A DNA stretch of 64,000 nucleotides from a virus. Below the pieces are notes generated by a model. That model was not told the origin of the DNA. It searched no databases and was given only the letters and a program-made list of their open reading frames with translations. Of the stretch, positions 19,212-29,221 are shown piece by piece. The translations under genes and the position numbers were made by a program. The stretch spans positions 1 to 64,000 of the IMG/VR virus record IMGVR_UViG_3300027917_001949. One strand, 5' to 3'. The number at the start of each line of letters is the position of its first letter. The first letter of the stretch is position 1.

Positions 19212-20078
19212 ATGTGGGGTCCTAAGTTCACTCATAATATATCATTGTTTTACCCTACTGCAATTTTAAATTACTTTGGTATTGATGGACGACATCCGTA
19301 TTACAGTATATTAGAAACGAAAGTTATTACCACGATAAACACTGAAGTTAGGGTGGCAGCAGTTAATTTGAATAACTTGATACGGAATGAATTCCGTAAA
19401 GACTTGTATGACATTGAGGAATACACCTTATTACCAGACTATGCAACTGCACTTGACTTAGCGTTATCTAACCCCGCTCATGTGGGGGTAACGTGGGAAA
19501 AGACGCTTGTTCAAGCTAAGTTTATTGATACGAATATATTGGGTGGTCTTAAGGAACTTATTGAAATACAGAAACTAGTATATCCAACACAAGGACAACA
19601 TAATCTTGGAGCTTGGGTATCTCTGTACAACCGATGGAAGGATGGTACGGATGACAGGATTGGTGAGACGCTTCGAAAACGTTTAAGTGTAATGATGTCT
19701 CGTGGTAGCGCACCGTTTGCCGAATTGATTGAGACGGGTAATGATATGTATCCAGCGTACCCAACTCATCCAGGTAAGAACACTCTTCGAGATTTCAAAC
19801 CTACTTATCGCAGAGAGATGAGGGCAGCGTATCATAGAGTCGTTGCCGAAGTAGAATTAATGATACAGACGCTACCACCTATAGCGATGACACCAGATAT
19901 TGTTGAAGTGTCAGGGGCAGGTAAAGCAGGATTTACTTGGAAAGCAAAAAGTGGTAATACGATATTCGTTATTGAGGATAGTATTAAATTAGTTGGTACG
20001 AGATTTCGTGGGACTGGTTTTATCTTGTCATCAAGTGGGAGCATAATGAAGCGTTGGAGTGGATGGATACCAAAATAG
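19212..20078 (+). CDS. Hypothetical neck-region protein
   Basis: ORF, synteny. Confidence 0.5.
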   Translation: MWGPKFTHNISLFYPTAILNYFGIDGRHPYYSILETKVITTINTEVRVAAVNLNNLIRNEFRKDLYDIEEYTLLPDYATALDLALSNPAHVGVTWEKTLVQAKFIDTNILGGLKELIEIQKLVYPTQGQHNLGAWVSLYNRWKDGTDDRIGETLRKRLSVMMSRGSAPFAELIETGNDMYPAYPTHPGKNTLRDFKPTYRREMRAAYHRVVAEVELMIQTLPPIAMTPDIVEVSGAGKAGFTWKAKSGNTIFVIEDSIKLVGTRFRGTGFILSSSGSIMKRWSGWIPK

Positions 20079-20088
20079 GAGCACTGTT

Positions 20089-20352
20089 ATGACTGAGCAA
20101 CCGTATACAAATGGGATTCTACAAAGTGCTGTAAGGCAAGCAATTAACAAACTTGCAGAGAAGGGCGTCGAAGGATGTGACGAGAAGGATATTATCTTAG
20201 CGTCATTTGGCTGTCTGTCTCTGAGTGGTGGACTGGCAACGTCAGAAGAAGTCATTGCCCTAACCAACGAAGTAAGAAAGTTTGGATGGAAGATTGTGGG
20301 AACTTGCGTTGGTACTTTGGTGTCTATTATTCTAGTATTGATATTTTTATAG
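20089..20352 (+). CDS. Small protein with C-terminal transmembrane helix (holin-like?)
   Basis: IVGTCVGTLVSIILVLIFL; AGGAG RBS. Confidence 0.5.
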   Translation: MTEQPYTNGILQSAVRQAINKLAEKGVEGCDEKDIILASFGCLSLSGGLATSEEVIALTNEVRKFGWKIVGTCVGTLVSIILVLIFL

Positions 20353-20362
20353 GTGAGGGATT

Positions 20363-20863
20363 ATGGCAACAGGTAAGTTTCATAACGAGGATTTAAGCGT
20401 TTATTTCTTTATTAAGTCTATCGATGTTGATGGTAGGGAATTAGGAGATATTGCTAGGATTGTAGACGGTTATCCTTACAACGAGATTGAATCAGAGACA
20501 CTTGTGTTACCTACAGTGTCCGTTGAAGCTGGTGTTACTTCTGATGATGCTGGTGAAATGGGTGCTAGTTGGTACAGACGTGTTTGGTCTATCGACGTCT
20601 TCGCTAATTCTGATGTTCAGCGTGACGACTTAGCAGACCGAATTTTCCAAGCGTTAGGATTAGCAATTCCTATTAAGGACTTTTCCGAAGGTTATAACAA
20701 GGATACCGGATTGAAGATTTCAGGTCTTCCACTGCGAGTTATTGAGTATATTAGTGCTGATGACAGAACGATGAGACCTGCATACGCTTTTAACTTGTAC
20801 CAAAAGATAAGGTACTGGAGGAGTACCGTTACATTTGAAACGGTATCGACACAAGCGAGTTAG
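20363..20863 (+). CDS. Putative tail terminator/completion protein
   Basis: LPTVSV, SIDVFA..DVQRDDLADRI; directly before tail tube gene. Confidence 0.6.
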   Translation: MATGKFHNEDLSVYFFIKSIDVDGRELGDIARIVDGYPYNEIESETLVLPTVSVEAGVTSDDAGEMGASWYRRVWSIDVFANSDVQRDDLADRIFQALGLAIPIKDFSEGYNKDTGLKISGLPLRVIEYISADDRTMRPAYAFNLYQKIRYWRSTVTFETVSTQAS

Positions 20864-21040
20864 TGTCATGGTATGGTAAAAGGTTGGTCAGGACATAGGA
20901 TTGGTAGGATTTAAACAAATAAAGGGATAATCTCTCTCGGGTTTGGATGAAGAGATTCGGATTGAATAAAGGTTAGGATTTCTCGTGGGCTTAAATGGTC
21001 AATAGGTATTAAGGGATAATAGAGAGAGTATGGAGTAAAA

Positions 21041-22204
21041 ATGGCGAAGAAAGTTGCAATTCCGTATAAGGATGTAAAATTAAGGATTGTAGGACCGCAA
21101 GCAGACTTTTATGCCCATCGTGTTCAGAGATTGGATATTCCAGTTAATTTACCAAACACAACTATTAACGAACTTGGTAATCCAGGACACGCTGGTATCA
21201 TAACTGATGTACCTGAAGTATCAGCCACGTTCCAAGCATTCGACGTGTCGCACAAGATATATTCAATTCTTACTGGTTACACCCCAGACACATTTCCTGT
21301 AACCGGTGTAGACGTGACAAATCTTGGTTATGTTGACCTTGTTGGATACATTAAGGATACTACGGATATATTGAAATGCATCCACGCTAAATATATGAGA
21401 ATCACTGATTTTACGTTTACGTACTCAGTGGACGGTGAGAGTACCGAAGAGTACACTTGTGCTGGCAGTGAGAAGAGATACTTGGCAAACGATGTTGTTG
21501 TTGACTCTGGTAATTTGGCTGCTGGTGCGTTGACATTGACCTACTCTCCGAAGACGCTCAAGAACGGTAACGACTTGTTAAGTCTTATTGTTGATGGTGA
21601 GTGGTTGACAGAGGGTAGCGATTATAGTGTTGCTGGTACGACAGTCACTGTTAGCGGTGGTACAACCGAGTATGCACTTGCTGTGTATCACACCCAGAGT
21701 GGGGTGTTGACTTGGTCTGACATCGATGATTCATCAGTTCCGGTTGCTATCCGTGGTAAGAACATTCCTGTTACAATCGGTGTAGAGCACATGTACAGGG
21801 TACAGAGTGTGACCATCAGAGGTACATTCCCTTCAACCAAAGTTCTTGAAATGGGTAATACTTCTGTTGTTGGTTATATCACTGACCCACCTGATGTTAG
21901 CGGTGATATTACAGTATTAGATACAGACAATGAAATTGTCTCATTATTGACAACTGGTGGAATTAATGATGATGATGGTTACGGAGAGTTTGGTGTCGAT
22001 GAATATGAGGAAAGAAAATTAGCATTAACAGTTCAGTTGAAAGACCCTGTTGATAACACGACAATTCAGAAGACGCTTAGAATTCCTGAAATGAGAATAA
22101 CATCTGACGGTTCTTCATCAAGTGTTGGTGGTCAATTGACGCAGACATTCTCATTCATGTCTGAAACCGCAGAACTTGTTGTATATTCTGGTGCAGTTGC
22201 GTAA
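21041..22204 (+). CDS. Major tail tube protein
   Basis: Two related halves (ELGN/EMGN, PEVSA/PDVSG); precedes chaperone and tape measure genes. Confidence 0.7.
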   Translation: MAKKVAIPYKDVKLRIVGPQADFYAHRVQRLDIPVNLPNTTINELGNPGHAGIITDVPEVSATFQAFDVSHKIYSILTGYTPDTFPVTGVDVTNLGYVDLVGYIKDTTDILKCIHAKYMRITDFTFTYSVDGESTEEYTCAGSEKRYLANDVVVDSGNLAAGALTLTYSPKTLKNGNDLLSLIVDGEWLTEGSDYSVAGTTVTVSGGTTEYALAVYHTQSGVLTWSDIDDSSVPVAIRGKNIPVTIGVEHMYRVQSVTIRGTFPSTKVLEMGNTSVVGYITDPPDVSGDITVLDTDNEIVSLLTTGGINDDDGYGEFGVDEYEERKLALTVQLKDPVDNTTIQKTLRIPEMRITSDGSSSSVGGQLTQTFSFMSETAELVVYSGAVA

Positions 22205-22289
22205 AATATAAAACAATATAATTTAGGATAATCATCTAAAGTATAATATACTGGAGATTAAAAGGGATTTAGCATACGTGCTAAGTTAT

Positions 22290-22351
22290 AAAGGGAGTCT
22301 TTGATGATGGTAGTGTGTAGACTATTGTCTGAGAGACTCCCTTTTATTTTT
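22290..22351 (+). terminator. Intrinsic terminator after tail tube gene
   Basis: AAAGGGAGTCT...AGACTCCCTTT plus T tract. Confidence 0.7.
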
Positions 22352-22366
22352 AGTTAGGAGAGGATA

Positions 22367-23056
22367 ATGAGTAAATTATCGGATTTATTTCGTTGGAGTA
22401 AGAAATTAGAAATTAAAGAGGGTGACAGGGTTTTGGATACCGTATATCTAAGACTTGTCGGTGATGCTGACTTTCAAGATGCCAAAAATGTTGCATTGAA
22501 AGCAAGTAAATCTCTCAGGATAAGATTGAAGAATCCAGAGACAGAAGACTATCAAGCCAGTTTTTCAGACATCGATACGCTGAGTAGAGAAGAGTTAGCA
22601 ATGGGTATCGTTTACGGTGAAATCACTGACTATAGAGATGAAGCAATTGTGAAGAATCCTGACAAGATGCCACCAGACCCGCTTGACAACCCAACCTTGG
22701 AAGAGCAGGAAGAGTATGAAGAAACGCTTGAAAAGATGCGTACTGATAGGATAACCGCTCTTGCTAAGTATATCGAGAAGAGAACAGATGAGAGGAAAGC
22801 CGAACTATTAGAAGAAGAGGACGATAGGCTTCGTGAGTTGTACCATTATTCAATAATTAATCTGAAATGCAATGAGGAATTTACCAATGCTTTCAGGTCT
22901 TACCAAATATATAGAGGTACATATAAAGATGCTAAATTTAAGGAATTAGCTTTTGATTCGTTCGAGGACTTCACGTCCTGTTCACCACAGTTGAAAGAGA
23001 TTTTACTCCAAGCGTATATCGGACTTGAGTTATCGGGTGATGACTTAAAAAACTAG
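22367..23056 (+). CDS. Tail assembly chaperone (gpG-like)
   Basis: Between tube and tape measure genes; ends at slippery A AAA AAC. Confidence 0.75.
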   Translation: MSKLSDLFRWSKKLEIKEGDRVLDTVYLRLVGDADFQDAKNVALKASKSLRIRLKNPETEDYQASFSDIDTLSREELAMGIVYGEITDYRDEAIVKNPDKMPPDPLDNPTLEEQEEYEETLEKMRTDRITALAKYIEKRTDERKAELLEEEDDRLRELYHYSIINLKCNEEFTNAFRSYQIYRGTYKDAKFKELAFDSFEDFTSCSPQLKEILLQAYIGLELSGDDLKN

Positions 23057-23346
23057 CGGAGGACAATGCGTTTGTGGGGGTTTGGCGTATTGTCAAGGAT
23101 TTGAATTATCCATTACATAATAGCTTATTAGAGTTAGCTGTGTTTGACTACCCTCATACTATAAATTACGTTATAAAAAGACGAATGCAACTTGACTCAT
23201 ACTTGGAACTACCGGAAGATAAGCGACCACCACGTAGTATATGGGATAGACCATCTGAGTTAAAGGAATGGTTTGATAGAGCATTTTCTGGAGGAGAGAT
23301 GCAAACTGAGTTTTCTCTTCCTGTTAATGAGAACGACATCGAGTAG
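23047..23346 (+). CDS. Chaperone extension (gpT-like) reached by -1 frameshift
   Basis: A AAA AAC at 23047-23053; -1 frame open into ORF 23074..23346. Confidence 0.75.
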   Translation, partial: KKLAEDNAFVGVWRIVKDLNYPLHNSLLELAVFDYPHTINYVIKRRMQLDSYLELPEDKRPPRSIWDRPSELKEWFDRAFSGGEMQTEFSLPVNENDIE

Positions 23347-23355
23347 AGGTAATCT

Positions 23356-26300
23356 ATGGCGTATGCTGATTACATGAACCCTGGTCAAGACCCGAGCACT
23401 TGGGCGGCTAGAGGAGCTTCGGCAACGAAAGAACTGAATAGGCAATTAAACGAAACGGTTGCTAGGTATGATGCTTTAGCAATCCGTCAAAACCAGTCTA
23501 CCAGAGAAATGGTAGCATTCACTGATGCCACTGGACGTGGTAGAATTACCATGGAAAACTTTGGTAGAACGTTTGATAATGCTACCAGAAAGGTTATTGT
23601 CTGGCAGTTCGCTATTCTAGCAGTCTACGGTGTGATGCGTAGGTTTGAAGAGGTTATCCAAATATGGAGAGACTTCGAAGTAACGCTTGCCAGAATTAGT
23701 ATCACCACCGGTGCAGTCGGTGACCGTCTTATGAATTTCTTCAAACAGACAGCCGACGTTGCTATCGAGTTTGGTGTGTCTATTGACCAAGCATTGACGG
23801 GTATGGACTTAGCTTTGAGAGCTACTGCCGGTATTGAAGGGAACGCTAAGAGGTCAGCCACCGCTGTTCAATTACTTCGAGATGCCTCTGTTCTAGCGAA
23901 TATTACTGGTATGCAGTATAGTCAATCTATTGATATTTTGGTTGGTTCTCTACGTCAGTCTGGTATGGAGCTAGACCAAGGTTTGAGATTACTTGATAAG
24001 TGGACTGCGGTTGCTAAGAATGCTGCTGTATCAGTTAGTGACCTGTCACAAGGTTTCGCTATCATGGCTGACGCTGGTCGGGCAGCAGGTCTTACTGTTG
24101 ACCAGATTAATGGTTTAATTGCTGCTTTGAGTGAGACCGTTACTCTTGGACCTGTTGAGATTGGTAACTCTATCAGAGCATTAATGTCAACGTTGTACAA
24201 TCCAGGTTCAATTCAGATTATGCAGAAATTTGGTGTAGCAGTTCGTGATACTACTGGTGAAGTTAGAAGTTTCTGGGACGTCATGGAACAACTATCTGCT
24301 ATGAGAATATCTGGTATTCTTGATGACTCTATCTGGTTGGAAATAGCTAAGGCGGCTGGTGCTGGTCAGAGACGTTACGCTCAGTTCTTGGCTTTGCTTA
24401 ACAACTTCTCAACTGCTATGAGAGTGGCTGGTATCAGTTCAAACGCTGAAGGTCAGGCACTTGATGCTAACCGCAAGATTGTTGATACGTTAACCAATTC
24501 ATTCGATAAGTTTACGGCTGCACAACGTAAGTTTGCATTTACGCTAGGTGACCAAACCGGAGCGATTAGTGACCTTTCCGGTGCATTGTTGAAGCTTACC
24601 AGATTCTTTGATGTGTTATCTGGTTCTGAGTTCAAGATTCTTGGTCTTAACCTGAGACTAACTGATACGTTTTACACCTTGGGTAGAGGTGTCATGTTCT
24701 TGGTTGGTACTCTTGCAGCATTAAAGGTTGCTTCCGTCGCAATGGGATGGTTTGGTGTTGCACCGAGGGTTGGTGCATTGCTTGGTGGAATGGCTGGACT
24801 ACCTAGTGCCACTATTGCCGGTACTGGAGCAGCTAGAACCGCTTTTGCGGCAGGTGGTTATACGTCAATGGCGGCGGGTCAGGCGGCAGGTATTGGTGTT
24901 ATTGCTCCAACACAAGCGATGCGTGCAGGTCTTCTTGGATTAACTGGATTATTACCTAGCTTCCTTAGAGATAGACTTCAGCAATCTTTAACCGGTGGTG
25001 CGTCATACAATCAGGCTACTGGTCGTTGGATGGGGTATCAACCGACTGGTAGATATGGTTTCGTACCTGCTCCACAGATAGCTGGTCAACCGGTAAGTGC
25101 TTTATCATGGGGAGGTATTGGTCAACGTCTAACCCAACCTGTTCGTGGTCTTGGTACTGCGATAGGTGCTCTTGGTGCAGGTGCACTAGCATACGGTGTG
25201 ACAAAAGAAGTTGAAGCTGGTCTTGGTGCGGCAGTTGGTACTGCTGTAGGTGGTTGGTTTGGTGGACCTGCTGGTATGGCTGTCGGTGGTGCATTTGGTA
25301 CATTGATTGGTCATACTATCGCTGATGCCATGATTTCAGATGAACAACGAATCAAAGACATGTTCACCAAAATATCTGAAGACTTTGGTATCAACGTTGG
25401 TGATAAAGTAGCAAAAGAACTTGAAAAAATATCACCGGAACAAGCTGGTAGATTAGCAGCGGCAGCATTCCCTGGAGAACGGCTAGCTGAAGCAGCACCG
25501 TTTTGGGCTCGACTATCACGTGGTGGTTTAGCTCTTGGTGGACCTTTAAGTCAACCCAATGCACTTAGTTTTACCGCACCTTGGGTTCAAAGACCTGGTG
25601 AGAGGGAGTGGACTGAGGGTCTTGGTGCATTACCAGCGTTGAATCAAGCACTTCTTGATGGTGTTATTACTGTTGAGGAATATAGAGATGCTCTCGGTGA
25701 AACCCGAGTTAAATGGGAAGAGTTATCAGATGCAGCTAAAGCATATATGACCGTTGTTGAGATACAGCGTCACGGACTTGCATCTCCAGAGATGATAGCA
25801 CAAGCAGAAGCGTATGCTCAGGCTGTTCGTGAGATGGAAGAACGTGCTAGAGCACTAGCAGAAATAAATAGTAGATACGCTGACTCTCAGGACAGAATCA
25901 AGACGCTGATGACCGATGTTGGTGCAGCAATTGAAGGTGTCTCACTAAAGGAGTGGGAGCAGACCGAGATTCAGAGGTTATTACAGAAACAGATGAGAAT
26001 GACTTCTGACGAGTTCCAAGCATGGTACGATGTTCTTTTGGGTGCTTCATACGGTTATGCTTCTCACCTTGAATCTATTGAACGATTAACTCCATTACTA
26101 TCACAATATGGACTAACATTAAATGCTATCCCAGAGGATAAGTGGTTAGCTATCCAAAAATGGGACACAACGTTAGCAACACGTATTGTCGAAACAGCGC
26201 AAACGTTGACGACCCTAACCGATGAGATTGATAGGTTCGGCGTTAACTTTGCTGACATGTTAGAACTTGCCGGTGTCGAAGGAACAATCGATGACATTGA

Positions 26301-27216
26301 CCGTGTTCGTGATGCTTTGCAGGAATTGTTTACTACTACTGGTGAAGAGAAGTATGGTGAAGCTCTTTCTGAGATTGACCAATATATGGCTGACATTCTA
26401 CAGAAAGATATTGAAGCTAGACGATTTGGTACGCTTACTCAAGCTGGTGCTCAGTACCAACGTCCAACAGAAGTACGACTTGTTGATACTGAAGAACTTG
26501 AAGCATATACACAGCAGTTGGGTAGACTACCTGCATTAACGCAGCTTGCAGAATCTCTTGGTAAGTTTGATACTTCTGTCCTTACTTTGGTTGACCCTAT
26601 AACTGGGCAGACACTAAGGATGGAAGAAAACACCCTTGCAATGCAGATGTTGGGGCAATTCGTAAAAGATAATACAGATGCTGTCAAGATGCTCGAAGCT
26701 ACCTATAATCTACCAGGATGGTATCAAGAACCTAACAGATTTTGGGCAATGAGAAGTCTTGGCGGTGATTATGGTGGCTTTGGACCTCAGCAAAAGGATT
26801 GGTGGGATAAGTGGGCTAGTTTTTTGGCACAGGGTGAAGCTGAATCTAGTGCTGTCACAGACTTTATTACAAGAGCTACTGCTACCCAGACCGAACCTAT
26901 TACCTATCAAGAATCACCTGTTACCAGTTTACCGAGTGGAGTGACAACTTATGGGGCTGTTGGTAAGGAATCTCCATTGGAGACGACTCCTACTATATCT
27001 GATACCAACGTTATATTAGGTAATTCTTATAGAGTGTTAGTTGATTCACAGCAATATTTGTCAAGCATTAATCTGGGTATTCAGGGACTACGAGATGAGA
27101 TACGGGCATTGCGTGCCGTGTTCAGTGGTTCTGAGCCAATACCGACTACATCAGAACTAGTCGCAGCAGCTAGAGCAGGTGTGGTGGGTATCGGTTATTC
27201 AATAGGGGGAAGATAA
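23356..27216 (+). CDS. Tape measure protein
   Basis: 1286 aa, Ala/Gly-rich helical, TP901-like core (IGNSIRALM, VRDTTGEVRS), Gly-rich hydrophobic segments. Confidence 0.92.
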   Translation: MAYADYMNPGQDPSTWAARGASATKELNRQLNETVARYDALAIRQNQSTREMVAFTDATGRGRITMENFGRTFDNATRKVIVWQFAILAVYGVMRRFEEVIQIWRDFEVTLARISITTGAVGDRLMNFFKQTADVAIEFGVSIDQALTGMDLALRATAGIEGNAKRSATAVQLLRDASVLANITGMQYSQSIDILVGSLRQSGMELDQGLRLLDKWTAVAKNAAVSVSDLSQGFAIMADAGRAAGLTVDQINGLIAALSETVTLGPVEIGNSIRALMSTLYNPGSIQIMQKFGVAVRDTTGEVRSFWDVMEQLSAMRISGILDDSIWLEIAKAAGAGQRRYAQFLALLNNFSTAMRVAGISSNAEGQALDANRKIVDTLTNSFDKFTAAQRKFAFTLGDQTGAISDLSGALLKLTRFFDVLSGSEFKILGLNLRLTDTFYTLGRGVMFLVGTLAALKVASVAMGWFGVAPRVGALLGGMAGLPSATIAGTGAARTAFAAGGYTSMAAGQAAGIGVIAPTQAMRAGLLGLTGLLPSFLRDRLQQSLTGGASYNQATGRWMGYQPTGRYGFVPAPQIAGQPVSALSWGGIGQRLTQPVRGLGTAIGALGAGALAYGVTKEVEAGLGAAVGTAVGGWFGGPAGMAVGGAFGTLIGHTIADAMISDEQRIKDMFTKISEDFGINVGDKVAKELEKISPEQAGRLAAAAFPGERLAEAAPFWARLSRGGLALGGPLSQPNALSFTAPWVQRPGEREWTEGLGALPALNQALLDGVITVEEYRDALGETRVKWEELSDAAKAYMTVVEIQRHGLASPEMIAQAEAYAQAVREMEERARALAEINSRYADSQDRIKTLMTDVGAAIEGVSLKEWEQTEIQRLLQKQMRMTSDEFQAWYDVLLGASYGYASHLESIERLTPLLSQYGLTLNAIPEDKWLAIQKWDTTLATRIVETAQTLTTLTDEIDRFGVNFADMLELAGVEGTIDDIDRVRDALQELFTTTGEEKYGEALSEIDQYMADILQKDIEARRFGTLTQAGAQYQRPTEVRLVDTEELEAYTQQLGRLPALTQLAESLGKFDTSVLTLVDPITGQTLRMEENTLAMQMLGQFVKDNTDAVKMLEATYNLPGWYQEPNRFWAMRSLGGDYGGFGPQQKDWWDKWASFLAQGEAESSAVTDFITRATATQTEPITYQESPVTSLPSGVTTYGAVGKESPLETTPTISDTNVILGNSYRVLVDSQQYLSSINLGIQGLRDEIRALRAVFSGSEPIPTTSELVAAARAGVVGIGYSIGGR

Positions 27217-27219
27217 GAA

Positions 27220-27621
27220 ATGACGTCAGTAACAAGATGGATTTTTGACAACGGTGGCACGTATCATTACTTGTTTCCACGTAACCCAAATAGAATTGCC
27301 GGTGATACTGGTTGGAGGTTCAATCCAAAATTGAATATCCTAGACGTTCTTGGTGCAAACACACCAACGATACAGGTAGACGGGTTTAGTGGTGCACAGC
27401 GTACGATTAAGTTTACTGCAATTACTGGTACTATGATGCGTAAGTTACGTGAGTTTTGGTTACGTCAAGCAGTGATTTATAATTGTCGTGACCACCTGTC
27501 ATCAGAGTTTGATTGCTTTATTGTTGATTTTAATGCTGTCTTTCATCCTACTACTGGTAGTTTTCCAGGTTCTGGTGAAGATACGTATGATTTAGAAGTA
27601 ACTCTTTTGAAGATGGGATAA
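27220..27621 (+). CDS. Putative distal tail protein
   Basis: Synteny after tape measure gene. Confidence 0.5.
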   Translation: MTSVTRWIFDNGGTYHYLFPRNPNRIAGDTGWRFNPKLNILDVLGANTPTIQVDGFSGAQRTIKFTAITGTMMRKLREFWLRQAVIYNCRDHLSSEFDCFIVDFNAVFHPTTGSFPGSGEDTYDLEVTLLKMG

Positions 27622-27622
27622 C

Positions 27623-29221
27623 ATGGGTATTGCTGAAGAATATGTAAAGAAAGTTAAGACACCTCTTATAAAGGTGTGGCTAACTGTGTTCGGTGAAGGC
27701 ATAAAACCTGGTGTTGATGTGTGGGGGTATAGTTATTATCCCCAAGTAGTTAGTTGTGACATTAATGCTAGTTTAGACCAAGGAAGCACAACTTGTACAT
27801 TAATACTTGTTCCACCACGTGATTATGCTGGTAATGTTATACAAATTCCTCCGATGACCAGAGTGTTAGTTCAACAAGGATGGAACAACACCTCTACGTA
27901 TAGGGTTACTTTTCACGGGTTTGTTGACGATGTCGATTATTCGAATGCACCAGAGACATTTAGACTTGAATGTCGTGACTTACTAAAACTTGCTCAGGAT
28001 AACTACTTGATAAAGTCTAACAGATTAGTCTATTCCGCAGTCGCTGATGAAAGTGAGTTGGACGAGGATGATAACCCGATGGGTGGTCAACCAATTGAGG
28101 ACAGACAAGCTCAAGTTATCTTAACCGATTTGTTAACTGGGTGCGGTATTCCCGAGAGATTTTTACATCTTGACTTTCCAGAGTATCCTGCATCTGGGGC
28201 AATAATCATAGGTAATTACGCTACTGCCGTATTCGAGTACGAAACAGCGTTAGATGCGTGTATGAGAATTTGCGACCTTGTCGGGTATCGTATATGGGCT
28301 GATAAGACAGGAAACATACAGTGTCGTGAGGTTAGACCGATTGCTGGTCCGTTGGAGTCACAGACATACCAAAGTCAACTTGAAACGTATAGTAGTGGTG
28401 ATTCGTGGACAACTGTAAGAACCGGTAACTTGTTAGGAGTATCAACTCAGGTAGACGATGACTTGCGTAATTGGATTGAGGTCATTGGATGGGACGTTAA
28501 GGCAACGGTTGCTGGTGAGTCAGATTATGTACCATCTCCACCGACGTATAGACGAGCAGAAGTTCGCTCATATTTATTAGACACACAAGAACTGTGTGAT
28601 GCGGTGGCTTTAAGAATCTATGGTGACCTCAATAGACTAAGATATACCGCTACTGCCAGAATTGAAGGAGACCCACGTATTGAGATAGGTCAGACCATCG
28701 CAGTGTATGATGAGTTTGCCACTGGAGAAGAGACAAGATACTTTGTAGCTGGTTATACAAGTACTTTATCACGTGGTCAGTGGACAATGGATTTACAGTT
28801 AGTTGGTGGTATCGGCACTGGTTCAGAACCTCTTAGTAATTTAGCTCCACATGCGTCATTCCTAACATCGGTGGAACAGGAGAAACTTGTCAACGGCAGT
28901 ACTATAGTTGAACTTCACTGTGACGCTTCAACTTCGTACGATACTGATGGTGATATTGAGGACATGACCTATAAGTGGACTGTCTCTGGGTTTGAGGATA
29001 GAGATACCGTTCAGACTACCTATGTAGTGTCAGGTATATCTTCAATTGATGTCACATTGGAAGTAACTGATGGTGGTGAACCACCGTTATCCGATTCAGT
29101 TACTCACACTGTTGATTTAACGGCTAATGTCATTCAGAGAACAATATTTGCCGTCACAAGTGATAAAGTATGGTATACCCAAGACGGTGGTTTTAATTGG
29201 GATTCAAGGAGTATTTATTAA
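27623..29221 (+). CDS. Baseplate hub/tail-tip protein with PKD-like domain
   Basis: GDPRIEIGQTI hub motif; DASTSYDTDG..YKW..VTLEVTD PKD motif. Confidence 0.7.
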   Translation: MGIAEEYVKKVKTPLIKVWLTVFGEGIKPGVDVWGYSYYPQVVSCDINASLDQGSTTCTLILVPPRDYAGNVIQIPPMTRVLVQQGWNNTSTYRVTFHGFVDDVDYSNAPETFRLECRDLLKLAQDNYLIKSNRLVYSAVADESELDEDDNPMGGQPIEDRQAQVILTDLLTGCGIPERFLHLDFPEYPASGAIIIGNYATAVFEYETALDACMRICDLVGYRIWADKTGNIQCREVRPIAGPLESQTYQSQLETYSSGDSWTTVRTGNLLGVSTQVDDDLRNWIEVIGWDVKATVAGESDYVPSPPTYRRAEVRSYLLDTQELCDAVALRIYGDLNRLRYTATARIEGDPRIEIGQTIAVYDEFATGEETRYFVAGYTSTLSRGQWTMDLQLVGGIGTGSEPLSNLAPHASFLTSVEQEKLVNGSTIVELHCDASTSYDTDGDIEDMTYKWTVSGFEDRDTVQTTYVVSGISSIDVTLEVTDGGEPPLSDSVTHTVDLTANVIQRTIFAVTSDKVWYTQDGGFNWDSRSIY

